From assembly GCA_041690135.1 (NCBI GenBank), contig JAWLHY010000002.1, positions 352,001 to 416,000 of the forward strand: a stretch of DNA of 64,000 bases. Reading direction: 5' to 3'. This DNA comes from Armatimonadota bacterium (lineage in GTDB: Bacteria > Armatimonadota > SYMT01). Made by a program: the position numbers and the translations under genes. A model generated the notes under the pieces. The model was not told where the DNA came from. It searched no databases and saw nothing but the letters and a program-made list of their open reading frames with translations. Shown here piece after piece: positions 1 through 10,103 of this stretch; the first letter of the stretch is position 1; each line of letters starts with the position of its first letter.

Positions 1-125
1 TGCAACAGCGGCTGGCGGATCGGTTCAATGCCACCCCACTGGTGCAGGTGACGGTTCTTGAACCCCCCCGGCGCACCGGTCCCAACCCGTGAGCCGGGGG
101 GCGTGTGGGGTTGGTGCGGAGTCCA

Positions 126-600
126 ACCGCGCCTGCGGTACCCAGACGGCCCGATGCGCCGCCGGGTGTACTCAAGCCGCGGCTACAAAAGGCGTCTGTC
201 CAACGGCGCCTGCCGTACCCAAGCGGCTCAAGCCGCGGTTATAAACGCCAACTGACCAACGCGCCTGCCGTACCCAAGCGGCTCAAGCCGCGGCTACAAA
301 GAGCCAAGCCGACCTCCGTCGGCTCCACGCTCATTTCACCTACGTGCAACAGGGGCTGCTGCCACACGCGAGGGGCGCGTCAACCCGAGGGAGCACGTAG
401 GCTACAGCATTCCCAGCCCGTACGGGCTTTGCCTTGTGTAGCCGGGGCACCCACTTGTGGGTCGTCACTCGCCTAGCCGACCAACGAGCCGGTGGTGATC
501 CCAATTCCAGAAGGCGTCTGCCGTACCCAGGCGGCCCTATGCTGCGCCGGGTGTACTCAAGCCGCGGCTACAAACAGCGAAGCCGACCTCCGAAGGCTCC
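126..600 (-). repeat. REP/BIME-like repeat cluster (GTAG-type on the minus strand)
   Basis: Core CTCAAGCCGCGG(C/T)TA(C/T)AAA at 171-189, 227-245, 282-300 and 556-574, each preceded by a GCG(C/T)CTGC(C/G)GTACCCA block. The reverse complement begins GTAGCCGCGGCT. An opposite-orientation variant lies near 772-794. Confidence 0.75.
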
Positions 601-1080
601 GTGCACAATGCCGGTGGTGAAGGCTCGTGCCTTTGCCACAAGGCCAAGAAGTGACAAGCCGGGATTTACTTGGGTTTCTTGGGTTTCAGGGTTCCCAGCC
701 GACGGAGGTTTACGCCCCGAGGGGGTGCGGGCGCCGGGTACCCACAGAGTGGGTGTGGACAGTTGCCTTGTGTAGCCGCGAGTTTACTCGCCCAGCCGAA
801 CCCGGCTCCGTGTGAGTTGGAGCGGAGCCCAAGAGGCGGGTGTGTGTCTCGACCCGATTTCGGGTGCGGATGTAAGTTCGAGTCGCCACAAGGGGCGGGC
901 GTCTCGCCCGCCCCACCGTGCGGCTCCCGGGGTGCAATACAGGTTCGGGGGCATGATCCTGGTCGGTAACAGTCCTAGCCCTATGCTCCGCCGGGTGTAC
1001 GGCCCCGACCCTACCTTCTCTGGTACGAGGTTGCGTCTACCAGGGCTCGGCAACCCGTAACCCTGGCCCCCAAGGGGGCT

Positions 1081-1108
1081 TCAACTTTCAACCTTCAACC
1101 TTCCAACT
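1081..1108. repeat. Heptamer tandem repeat (TTCAACC)n
   Basis: tcaactttcaaccttcaaccttccaac; the reverse-complement array (AAGGTTG)n is at 61745-61783. Confidence 0.7.
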
Positions 1109-1145
1109 CAGATCTACTTCCGGTCGGCCCGCAGTGGCTTCTGTC

Positions 1146-2612
1146 CTAGACTTTGGAGGGGACTTCGAAGCCCTTGCGGTAGGCCCGGCTGACGAGGGCG
1201 TTGGCTGCGTCGTTGTCGCGGAAGCGTTCCTTCTTCGGGTCGAATTTGAGCCAGGGGCCCACCGTGAGGCGGCTGGCGCTCACGTCCACGCCGTTGCGGG
1301 CCAGGTGCTCCTTCATCGACTCGTAACGCTCTTCCAGGAACGGTTCGCTTTTGATGCGCTCCACGCACTCGCCCGGCGACATGGTCTTGCCGACGAGGTG
1401 GGAGATGAGGCCGGTGTGGCAGAGGGCGCTGGAGAGGTGGGTCTCCTCGCAGTCCGCGTTGAGCATCTCCGGCTTGCGCTCGCGGACGGCGGCGATGAAG
1501 TTCTCCATGTGGTCGGCGCCGCCGATCGCCTCGAACTTCTTGATCTCCTTGCCGTTGTGGTCGTAGGCTGCGACGCCACTCCGGCCGTCGTAGACCTTGC
1601 CGCCCTCGCAGTCGACCATCACGGAGACGCCGCGACCGCCGGGGAACCAGTCCGGGCTGTCCATGTTCTTGCCCCACAGGCCGGCGTCGTGGAACTCCTT
1701 GCCCCGGGGCAGGCCGCGCGTCTCGAAGATGAGCGGCGCCTTGTCGTAGTCGTGGTAGACGATCTGTGTGTTCGGGGTCTCTCCATCGTCGTCGTAGCCC
1801 AGCCGGCCGCCGATGCTCATCACGCGGGGGGAGAGCTCGTCCACGCCCAGGAACCAGCGGGCAATGTCCATCTGGTGGATCCCCTGGTTGCCCATGTCGC
1901 CGTTGCCGGTGTCGTAGACCCAGTGCCAGTCGTAGTGGAGCTTCGCGCGGGTGAGCGGCTTCATGGGGGCGGGGCCGATCCAGAGATCGTAGTCGAGGCC
2001 GGTAGGAATCTGGCCCTTGCCGGAGTTGCCGATCGACATCCGCGGTTTGTAGCAGAAGCCGTACACCGCGCGGATCTTGCCGAGGTTGCCAGCCTGGACC
2101 CACTGCACCGCGTGCCGGATCTGCCCGTTGCTGCGGCTCTGCGTGCCGCCCTGGACTATCCGCTTGTACTTGCGGGCCGCCTTGACGAGCTGCCGGCCTT
2201 CCCACACGTTGTGGGAGATCGGTTTCTCGATGTAGGAGTCCTTGCCCGCCTGGCAGGCCCAGATCCCGATGAGGGAGTGCCAGTGGTTCGGCGTGGCCGT
2301 GGTGATCGCGTCGATGTCCTTGTTCTCCAGCAACTTCCGGACGTCGCTGTAGGTCTGGACTTTGATCCCCTGCTTGTCCAGCTTCGTCGCTTCCCGCGCC
2401 AGCACGGCGGGGTCCACGTCGCAGAGGGCGACCAGGCGCACCCCCTTCATTTTCGCCAGGTCGTTGATATGCCCCACGCCGCGGCCGTTGAAGCCGATCA
2501 CCGCGACCCGGAGGTCGTCGTTGGCGCCCAGCACGCTTGCGGTCGGCAGCACCAGCGACGCGCCGACCGCCACCGAACCGGTCAGGAAGCTCCTGCGGGT
2601 TATCCCATTCAT
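1146..2612 (-). CDS. Gfo/Idh/MocA family oxidoreductase, Tat-exported
   Basis: TRRSFL Tat motif; VAVIGFNGRG Rossmann motif; ATPNHWH, EKP and GTQSRS motifs; GAGAGGAG RBS before ATG 2612. Confidence 0.92.
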   Translation of the reverse strand: MNGITRRSFLTGSVAVGASLVLPTASVLGANDDLRVAVIGFNGRGVGHINDLAKMKGVRLVALCDVDPAVLAREATKLDKQGIKVQTYSDVRKLLENKDIDAITTATPNHWHSLIGIWACQAGKDSYIEKPISHNVWEGRQLVKAARKYKRIVQGGTQSRSNGQIRHAVQWVQAGNLGKIRAVYGFCYKPRMSIGNSGKGQIPTGLDYDLWIGPAPMKPLTRAKLHYDWHWVYDTGNGDMGNQGIHQMDIARWFLGVDELSPRVMSIGGRLGYDDDGETPNTQIVYHDYDKAPLIFETRGLPRGKEFHDAGLWGKNMDSPDWFPGGRGVSVMVDCEGGKVYDGRSGVAAYDHNGKEIKKFEAIGGADHMENFIAAVRERKPEMLNADCEETHLSSALCHTGLISHLVGKTMSPGECVERIKSEPFLEERYESMKEHLARNGVDVSASRLTVGPWLKFDPKKERFRDNDAANALVSRAYRKGFEVPSKV

Positions 2613-2767
2613 CAGCGATCTCCTCTCGTTGGAATGGCTCGGGTCCACCTTCTCTATCGTTTCAGTTCCGTGGCGGAGCCGGAGTTCCTGCACGAGTTAG
2701 GAGCGCGCTGGTGAGTGGGGGAACGCGGGAGCGACCGACGGCTGTTCCGGTGCGGCCGGCGCCGGGG

Positions 2768-3481
2768 TCACAGCCGCACCGGCCCCGCGCTTCCCGTGGC
2801 GGTCACCCGCAGGGTATTGTCCTGCACCCGGACCTCTCGCACGTGGAGCGGCACCGGCATGGCGGAGAAGTCCACGATCGGGTTGATCGCGCGGGAGATG
2901 CGCTGGGCCCCGGAAGGGCCGACCGTTACTCCCGCCGCCCGCACATCGGAGACCACGAAGTTCACCCGCCCGTCTTCCCCCACCAGCGTGCCGCGCATCA
3001 CCACGTTGAACCCGGAGGGGAATTCCACCCCCTCGAAGGCCGGTCGGGCACGGATCACGATTTCCTGGGGCTGCCGCAGGTCCACCGACACGTCCTGCAC
3101 GTTGCGGTGGTTTTCCAGAAATGCTTCCAGGTCGGTCTGGGTGATCCGGGCCGTGGCCACCGCGCTCCCCAGTCGCTCGATCCGTTCCTCGCCGCGGTCG
3201 TACTTCACGTCCCGCAGCTCCACGTCGATCCGGTCCAGCACCGGCGCGTTGGTCGGGCGCACCCGCTCGCCCACGGCGGTTACCCGATCAGCCTCGCCTG
3301 CGCGTGCCCGCAGGCCCGTAATGTCGACGTCATACTCGTCGGCGGGCCCTACCAGCCGGGGCAATTCGCGCTCGATGCCCCGCTCCACCTGCCCCGTAGA
3401 CGGAGCGCAGCCGGCCCATACCGTCAGCAGCAATCCCGTGAGAACGATCCCGCTCCCGCGGCTCCAGGCATGCTTCTGCAT
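2768..3481 (-). CDS. DUF2993/LmeA-like lipoprotein
   Basis: Signal peptide ending WAGC (lipobox-like); beta-rich body with ARITQTDL and a C-terminal 'LRVTATG' pattern; GAGGAG RBS. Confidence 0.65.
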   Translation of the reverse strand: MQKHAWSRGSGIVLTGLLLTVWAGCAPSTGQVERGIERELPRLVGPADEYDVDITGLRARAGEADRVTAVGERVRPTNAPVLDRIDVELRDVKYDRGEERIERLGSAVATARITQTDLEAFLENHRNVQDVSVDLRQPQEIVIRARPAFEGVEFPSGFNVVMRGTLVGEDGRVNFVVSDVRAAGVTVGPSGAQRISRAINPIVDFSAMPVPLHVREVRVQDNTLRVTATGSAGPVRL

Positions 3482-3614
3482 TCAGATTCTCCTCGGCTTC
3501 CGACCGGCGAATCCCGGTCAGTCCCCCCTTTCCCCGTGCCCGGCAGCGCGAAACTCCCGCGCTGCGTGTCCCGCCCGCCGGCTTCCGGGTAATAACCGGA
3601 CCGGAGGAGCCGGC

Positions 3615-5063
3615 ATGCAGGTGCGAAGGGGAAACAACCGGGAAGGCGCGCGGACTCTGTGGGTCCTGCTGGGCCTGCTGCTGATATTCGGGGTACCCGC
3701 CTTCGGCCAGGCGCCGGTCCCGCCCGCACCGGCGTCCCGCCCACCCACCGCGACCCCGACCACCTTCGCCGGGGTGCAACTGGAGGGACGCACGCTCTTC
3801 GAGGTGGCGGCCACCGAGGGGGTGACCGCCGCGGAGCGGGCCGAACGGATCGAGCGCCGCCTGCAGAACCTGGTTCAGCGCGAGGCCCCGGTCCGCCCGT
3901 TCGGCCGGGACGACATCCGGCGGAGCGCGGATGGGGATTGGCAGATCTTCCTCGGGGGCGAGCTGATCATGGAGGTCACGCCGGAGGACGCGCAGGACGT
4001 GCTGGCCACCCCGGAAGAGCTGGCGCTGCTCTGGGGCCAGGAGCTGGCCGGGGCCGTCGCGGAGGCGCGCACCACCCGGGAGAACCCCCTCCAGGGGATC
4101 GGCATCCTGATCCGGAACTCGGTCCGCGACCTGGTCGTGTCGACCGTCACGTGGCTGCCTCGCCTGGCCAGTGCCCTCATCCTCGCCGTGATCTTCTGGC
4201 TCCTGGCGAAGCTCGCGGCCTGGGTGGTGTGCGTGGTGGCGAACCGGACGCGGCTCGACCCGAACCTGCGGCAACTGGCGCGCGCCGTCGCGTTCTACGG
4301 GCTCTGGGCCGTGGGCGCCGTGGCGATCCTGGCGACCTTCGGCTTCGAGACCGGCGGCATCGTCGCGGCGCTGGGGATCTCGGGCTTCATCCTCGGCTTC
4401 GCTTTCAAGGACATCCTCTCGCACTTCCTCGCCGGCCTCATGCTGCTCCTGGGCCGCCAGTTCCGGATCGGGGATCAGATCGTCGTGAAGGACCAGGAAG
4501 GCACCGTGGAGCGCATCGAGTTGCGGGCGCTGCACCTGCGCACCTACGACAACCGCCTGGTGATCATCCCGAACGCAGAAGTGTTCAACTCGATCATCAC
4601 CTCCAACACGGCCAGCCCCTACCGCCGGCGGGAGTTCGTGGTCGGCATCGGCTTCGAGGACGACATCGGCCGCGCACTCCAGGTGGCGCTGGAGGCGGTG
4701 CGCGGCACTCCGGGGGTGATGACGGAACCGGAGCCGGACGTGCTGGTGGATGAGTTAGCACCTTCGACCGTGAACCTGCGGGTCCGGTTCTTTATGAACT
4801 CCCTGCGCGCGGACTACCTGAAGGTCGGCAGCGAGTGCATGCGCCGGGTGAAGGAGGCGTTCGACCGCGAAGGGATCTCCATGCCGACCGAGATCTTTAC
4901 GCTGGTGTTCGACAACGCCGCCGAAGCCGCGGACGAAGTGAAGGGGGTGCTGGCCGGTGGTCCGTCCCGGCGGAACGCCCATCGGGGAGGTCCGGCCGAT
5001 GAAGCTGCGGGGCCGGACCCGTCTATCCAGGAGGATCCAACGGATCGCCGCCGTGCGGCATGA
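3615..5063 (+). CDS. mscS: MscS-family mechanosensitive channel with N-terminal periplasmic domain
   Basis: GFAFKDILSHFLAG, FRIGDQI, GTVERI, IIPN motifs; GGAGGAG RBS before ATG 3615. Confidence 0.9.
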   Translation: MQVRRGNNREGARTLWVLLGLLLIFGVPAFGQAPVPPAPASRPPTATPTTFAGVQLEGRTLFEVAATEGVTAAERAERIERRLQNLVQREAPVRPFGRDDIRRSADGDWQIFLGGELIMEVTPEDAQDVLATPEELALLWGQELAGAVAEARTTRENPLQGIGILIRNSVRDLVVSTVTWLPRLASALILAVIFWLLAKLAAWVVCVVANRTRLDPNLRQLARAVAFYGLWAVGAVAILATFGFETGGIVAALGISGFILGFAFKDILSHFLAGLMLLLGRQFRIGDQIVVKDQEGTVERIELRALHLRTYDNRLVIIPNAEVFNSIITSNTASPYRRREFVVGIGFEDDIGRALQVALEAVRGTPGVMTEPEPDVLVDELAPSTVNLRVRFFMNSLRADYLKVGSECMRRVKEAFDREGISMPTEIFTLVFDNAAEAADEVKGVLAGGPSRRNAHRGGPADEAAGPDPSIQEDPTDRRRAA

Positions 5064-5083
5064 GGCTCGGGCGAGCGGAACCC

Positions 5084-5327
5084 GCGCTGCAGGTCGCCGG
5101 AGTTCGCAGTGAGGTCACCAGCCTCTGGTAGATCCGCGAGGACGCCGCGTGCGTGTTAATGGTCCGGTTCCACGAGGGGGTGCGCGCCGGCCCTGTCCAA
5201 GGACGATGCACTCAAGACCATGACCGCGGTGGCGGCGCGCAAGGGCTGGGTCCATCCCTTTTACTGGGCCAGGTTCACTTTATCGGGCGACCCGGATCCG
5301 CTCCAGACTGCGGAACGCGCCCGCTGA
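5084..5327 (+). pseudogene. CHAT (caspase-like peptidase) domain C-terminal remnant
   Basis: Reads ALQVAGVRSEVTSLW*IREDAACVLMVRFHEGVRAG, then after a frameshift near 5192 LSKDDAL...HPFYWARFTLSGD. These match the CHAT SLW and HPxYWA motifs. In-frame TAG at 5129-5131. Confidence 0.8.
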
Positions 5328-5350
5328 CTCGAGTCCGGGGCCCGGTGCGG

Positions 5351-5392
5351 AGGCGTATAACTTCCCTGCTTCCGCAGGGAAGTTATACGCCT
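5351..5392. repeat. Perfect 19-bp inverted repeat with 4-nt loop
   Basis: AGGCGTATAACTTCCCTGC-TTCC-GCAGGGAAGTTATACGCCT. Confidence 0.85.
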
Positions 5393-5489
5393 GGGAGAAA
5401 TTCGGAGTAGAATCTCCACTACTTGCGGCACCAAGTAGTGGCGGATGGAGACAGCGTTGTCTTCGCACCCCACCGGAGGCAGACGATTC

Positions 5490-8400
5490 ATGGCTGAACG
5501 CGGGGCACCCACCCCACTCAACCGACGCCCCCGTCTTCTCGCCTGGGTGGTGCTCCTGAGCGCGCTGACTTTTACCGGACTGGCCACCTGGTCCACCGCC
5601 CGCGCTGTTCAGGCCAGGGAACGTCTCCGTTTTCAGAACTCGGTACGGCGAACAGAAGACATTCTGCGAAATCGACTGGATGTCTACGTCAATCTCTTGC
5701 GAGGAGGCGCAGCCTACTTCACCGCCAGCGACGAGGTGAGCCGAGCGGAGTTCGGCACCTACGTGCGGCGCCTGGAGGTGACCCGGCGCTATCCCGGCAT
5801 CCAGGGAATCGGCTTCAGCGCTCGGGTGGAGCCCGATGCCGCCGGTCCACTCACGCGGAGGATGCGCCGCGAAGGAGCGGCCGGCTTCCGCATCTGGCCG
5901 GACGTAGCGCAACCCGAAAGGCACGCGATTCTGTATTTGGAACCACTGGATCGCCGGAACCAGGCAGCCATCGGCTACGACATGTTCAGCGAGCCGACGC
6001 GACGTGCCGCGATGGAGCGGGCTCGGGACACCGGCGCCGCCGCGGCGTCCGGGAAAGTGACTCTCGTCCAGGAGATCGATGCGGACAAACAGCCCGGCTT
6101 TCTGATCTACGTACCAGTCTATCGGGGCCGGGGGATTCCCACCACAGTTGCCGGTCGGCGCGCGGCCTTACATGGGTTCGTTTATAGCCCATTCCGCGCC
6201 GCCGACCTGTTCCGGGGAATCTTCGGATCGGAACAGAAGCCGCGGGTGGACTTCCGGATTTATGATGGGAGCGAGCCGCGCACCGAGAATCTCCTACATA
6301 CCTCGCAGCCAGCGCAAGTGGCTGTTCACAACTCTTCTCTCTTCTCTGCGACCGAACGCCTGCAGGTTGCCGGGCGCCCGTGGACGGTCCACTATACCAG
6401 CAGTGCCTCCTTCGATGCCGCGGCGGCCAGCTCGGTGGTTCCGGTTACCCTGACTTCCGGTGTGGTCATCAGCCTGCTTCTGTTTGTCGTTACCCGATCG
6501 CAGGTACAGGCGCGTGAACGCGCCGAGCAAGGCGCGTTGGTGCTCCAGCGGTCCGAGGCCGAGGCGAGGGAGCAGCGCGAGCAGTGGCGTATCACGCTCG
6601 CCAGCATTGGCGACGCCGTCATTGCGACCGATCCGGAGGGCAAGGTCACTTTCGTCAATGCGGTCGCGGAGGCGTATACGGGCTGGTCTGCGTCCGAGGC
6701 TCAGGGGAAACCCGTGCAGGAGGTCTTCTTCGCCCTACACGCGGAGACGAGACAGCGCGTAACGAGCCCCGTAGAAGAGATTCTGGCGCGGGGCGGGGTG
6801 GTAGGCTTGGGCAATCACACGGTGCTGGTGGGCAGAGACGGCCGGGAACGTCCCATCGAAGACAGTGGAGCTCCCGTCCGAGATGATGCGGGAGTACTCA
6901 AGGGGGTAGTCCTCGCGTTTCGGGATGTGTCGGAGCGAACCCGCCTCGAGCGGAGGCGCACACTCGAACATCGCGTCGCTCAGGTCCTATCGGAAGCCCG
7001 GACATGGGAGGAGACCGCACCGGGAGTACTACGGGCCATCGGCGAGGAGCTGGGTTTCTTGTGGGCGATCTTCTGGCAGGTCGAGCCCGAGGCGCGTGTG
7101 CTCCGCTATGGTGAAGGCTGGTATCGACGCGCATCCGACACGGAAGAGCTAGAGGCGCACCACCGGCACATCACTTTTCAATGGGAGGAGGGGCTGCCCG
7201 GCCGTGCCTGGGCGGGGAAAACACCGGTTCGGGTTCCGGACGTGGCTCACGAGCCCGTTTCTTATCCCGCGCCGGACGGTCAGGCGTGGAGCGCCGGCGC
7301 CGGGATTGCGATTCCCCTGGGGCTGAGCGGCGAGGTGATCGGGGTTCTGGAGTTTCGCGGGCTTCCGGAGCAAGCGCCGGACGATGCCACGACCGATCTT
7401 CTCGTATCGCTGGGAAACCAGTTGGGTCTCTTCGCCGAACGAAGCCGGGCCGAGGAGGCGCGCCGAGCTACGGAAGCTCTCAAGGCGGCGATCATCCACA
7501 CCGCCATTGACTGCATCATCACCATCGACGCCGAGGGGCGCATCATCGAGTGGAACCCGGCCGCGGAGCGGACTTTCGGGTACCCACGCGAGGAGGCAGT
7601 AGGGCAGAGGCTCTCAAGCCTGATCATCCCCAACCGCCTGCGAGAGCGGCACGAGCAGGGGCTTTCTCGCTATCTGGCGACCGGTGTGGGCCCGGCCCTG
7701 GGTAGGCTCCTCGAGTTTCCGGCACTGCGAGCCGACGGCTCGGAGTTCGCGGCCGAAATCTCGATCGTAGCGATCCAGGGAACGAACAGCCCATGTTTTA
7801 CCGCCTTTCTCAGGGACATTACCGCGCGGAAGCAGGCCGAGGAGACGCTCCAGCTTCAGGCCCGGGTGCTGGAAAGTATGGCGGAAGGCGTGAGTGTAGC
7901 CGATGCGAACGGGATGATTCTCTATACCAACGCGGCAGAAGATGCGATTTTCGGCTATGCCGAGGGGGAGCTGATTGGCTGCCACGTCGGCATCCTCAAT
8001 GCTTATCCGCCGGAGGAAAACCAGCGGATCATTGGGGAAGTGCTGGACCACCTGCGGGTGTATGGGGCCTGGTCCGGCGAGTGGCGCAATCGCCGTAAGG
8101 ACGGCGGGATCTTCACCACCCATTCGCGCATCACCGCGCTGGATGTCGGGGACCAGCGCCTTCTGGTATGTGTTCAGGAAGATGTTACCGAAAGGAAGCG
8201 GACCGAGGAAAGCCTGCATTACTTGATGGACCACGCGCAGTGCCTCCTCTGGCACGCGTTCGTGGAAGCCCCCACAGCACCCGGTGAACCTTACCGGTGG
8301 GATTTGCAGATATTCGATGAGCAGGCTGCCCAGCGGTTCCTGCCCCTTGATCTTCTGCCCGGCGAAAGCTACGCGGAAGCCTTCTACCGGAACAAGCCGC

Positions 8401-9323
8401 CGGAAGACCGGCAATTAGTGGACCGCAACGCACGGGCAGCCTTCGAGTCGGGAAGCAGTTCCTATATCCAGGAGTATCGCTGTCTACGCCGTGATGGGGA
8501 AGTTTGCTGGCTCTCCGAGGTAACGCACCTGGAGCGGATCGCACCGGACCGGTGGCGGTCCGTCGGTGTGTGTACGGACATCACCCTCCGGAAGCGTCTG
8601 GAGGAGGCACTCCGGCAAAGGGCCGAAGACTTGACGATCGCCGATCGCCAGAAGGACGAGTTCCTAGCGATGCTGGGCCACGAACTCCGCAGCCCCCTGG
8701 GGGCGATGGTGAACGCCCTACATCTCTTGCGCCGGCGGAGTGAAGAACCGGCGGTCCTTCGCTCCGCCGCCGTCCTGGAGCGTCAACTGGCGTTAGTGAC
8801 CCGGCTGGTCGGCGATCTACAAGTAGTGTCCCGGCTGAAGACCGGGAGCTTTCAGGTGGAGAAACGACCCCTCGACCTCACCGAGGTGTTGAATCAGGCC
8901 GTTGAGACTTCCCGTCCGCTCATCGAGGAGCGTCGGCACCAACTCACCGTAGCCCTGCCCCCGGAGATGCCGCCCCTGTGTGGGGACTTCACGCGCCTCG
9001 TGCAGGTGTTTTCCAACCTTCTGAACAACGCCGCGAAGTACACTGAACCGGGCGGGCGGATCCAGTTGGAGGCGATATGCCAGCCGACCGAGATTGAGGT
9101 GCGGGTTCGGGACTCCGGGTTGGGTATCCCTCCGGAGCAGTTGCCGAAGGTCTTCGACCTGTTTATGCAGTCTGAGCGAACGCTCCGCCGTGCCGATACC
9201 GGACTGGGCATCGGCCTGGCCCTGGTACGCGGCCTGGTCGAGATGCATGGCGGCGCCGTTTCCGCCCATAGTGGAGGACCCGGACAGGGAAGCGAGTTCA
9301 TTGTGCGGCTGCCGCGACCCTGA
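5490..9323 (+). CDS. Multi-sensor histidine kinase (CHASE-PAS-GAF-PAS-PAS-PAS-HisKA-HATPase)
   Basis: CHASE motifs YLEP...AIGYDM and SGKVTLVQE between two TM helices; PAS SIGDAVIATD; GAF EGLPGRAW; H-box HELRSPL; NLLNNAAKYT and GLGIGL. Alternative start at 5445. Confidence 0.93.
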   Translation: MAERGAPTPLNRRPRLLAWVVLLSALTFTGLATWSTARAVQARERLRFQNSVRRTEDILRNRLDVYVNLLRGGAAYFTASDEVSRAEFGTYVRRLEVTRRYPGIQGIGFSARVEPDAAGPLTRRMRREGAAGFRIWPDVAQPERHAILYLEPLDRRNQAAIGYDMFSEPTRRAAMERARDTGAAAASGKVTLVQEIDADKQPGFLIYVPVYRGRGIPTTVAGRRAALHGFVYSPFRAADLFRGIFGSEQKPRVDFRIYDGSEPRTENLLHTSQPAQVAVHNSSLFSATERLQVAGRPWTVHYTSSASFDAAAASSVVPVTLTSGVVISLLLFVVTRSQVQARERAEQGALVLQRSEAEAREQREQWRITLASIGDAVIATDPEGKVTFVNAVAEAYTGWSASEAQGKPVQEVFFALHAETRQRVTSPVEEILARGGVVGLGNHTVLVGRDGRERPIEDSGAPVRDDAGVLKGVVLAFRDVSERTRLERRRTLEHRVAQVLSEARTWEETAPGVLRAIGEELGFLWAIFWQVEPEARVLRYGEGWYRRASDTEELEAHHRHITFQWEEGLPGRAWAGKTPVRVPDVAHEPVSYPAPDGQAWSAGAGIAIPLGLSGEVIGVLEFRGLPEQAPDDATTDLLVSLGNQLGLFAERSRAEEARRATEALKAAIIHTAIDCIITIDAEGRIIEWNPAAERTFGYPREEAVGQRLSSLIIPNRLRERHEQGLSRYLATGVGPALGRLLEFPALRADGSEFAAEISIVAIQGTNSPCFTAFLRDITARKQAEETLQLQARVLESMAEGVSVADANGMILYTNAAEDAIFGYAEGELIGCHVGILNAYPPEENQRIIGEVLDHLRVYGAWSGEWRNRRKDGGIFTTHSRITALDVGDQRLLVCVQEDVTERKRTEESLHYLMDHAQCLLWHAFVEAPTAPGEPYRWDLQIFDEQAAQRFLPLDLLPGESYAEAFYRNKPPEDRQLVDRNARAAFESGSSSYIQEYRCLRRDGEVCWLSEVTHLERIAPDRWRSVGVCTDITLRKRLEEALRQRAEDLTIADRQKDEFLAMLGHELRSPLGAMVNALHLLRRRSEEPAVLRSAAVLERQLALVTRLVGDLQVVSRLKTGSFQVEKRPLDLTEVLNQAVETSRPLIEERRHQLTVALPPEMPPLCGDFTRLVQVFSNLLNNAAKYTEPGGRIQLEAICQPTEIEVRVRDSGLGIPPEQLPKVFDLFMQSERTLRRADTGLGIGLALVRGLVEMHGGAVSAHSGGPGQGSEFIVRLPRP

Positions 9324-9348
9324 ACTTCCCATAGGCCCACTTCCGACG

Positions 9349-9738
9349 ATGTTTACCGAAACCTACCTCGACCGCTGCGTGTTAATCGTAGACGACCACG
9401 CGGATCTTCGCGAAACACTGGCGGAGATCCTGGAAGAAGAAGGTTACACCACGGCTCAGGCCGCCAATGGTCAAGAGGCATTCGACTACCTGCAAGCCAA
9501 CCCGCTTCCGAGTTTGATCCTGCTCGATCTGATGATGCCGATTATGGACGGTTGGGAGTTCCGGAAGCACCAGTGCCGGGAGCCGGCCCTGGCGGAAATT
9601 CCGGTGGTGGTCGTCAGCGGCGCCGACGAGCAAGAGCAGCGCGCGGGATTCCGGGAAGCCGTGGCCTACCTTACCAAGCCGGTCGACCTATCCGCGCTGA
9701 TTGACACCGTCTCCCGCTATTGCCGGCAGACCCGTTAA
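9349..9738 (+). CDS. Single-domain response regulator (receiver)
   Basis: VLIVDD, LILLDLMMPIMDG, YLTKP. Confidence 0.92.
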   Translation: MFTETYLDRCVLIVDDHADLRETLAEILEEEGYTTAQAANGQEAFDYLQANPLPSLILLDLMMPIMDGWEFRKHQCREPALAEIPVVVVSGADEQEQRAGFREAVAYLTKPVDLSALIDTVSRYCRQTR

Positions 9739-10103
9739 CTGGCGGAGCGCACCTAGCGCCCCGTGCCGCTCCAAGCCGGAACGCCAGCCGCACGTCGCCA
9801 GCGGGGGACTCCAGCAGAAGCGGGCGCGGGGCTTTCCGCATTCGGTCTTCCCGGTCGATGGTTTCCGAGCGATGTCCGGCAGAGCGCACCGCCGGCACCG
9901 CGACGCAAGCTGTACAGGCGACGAGGAGCAAAGCGGATCGGAAGAGAGTGGGGTGCTGGCGCTTGTGCGTCAAGTGAGCTTCTTCCCTACAAGTCAAAGT
10001 CGGATCGCGCAGGTGCGGACCCGGCGATGATTACCCGAATGGGATAACCCGGCCGCGCCATCTCTCGTCTGTCCTGAAGGAATGACGGACAGGAGGGGTA
10101 CGG

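Noticed and set aside
126-300. Possible CRISPR array
   Set aside because: Intervening segments are only about 15 nt and resemble each other, the units are degenerate, and there are no cas genes; it fits REP/BIME better.
1134-2714. Long antisense ORFs (also 32075-34066, 34088-36283, 42978-45458, 55248-57218, 57655-60300)
   Set aside because: These are shadows of well-supported genes on the other strand, as expected at high GC3; they carry no motifs.
2715-3614. N-terminal 300 aa of the 782-aa ORF
   Set aside because: It overlaps the opposite-strand lipoprotein gene; a strong RBS supports the MscS start at 3615.
5357-5386. loxP site
   Set aside because: Only 8 of 13 arm bases match and the length is 30, not 34 bp.
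9671-9997. Small secreted protein on the minus strand
   Set aside because: It has a signal-like stretch but no clear start or RBS and overlaps the response regulator end; support is insufficient.
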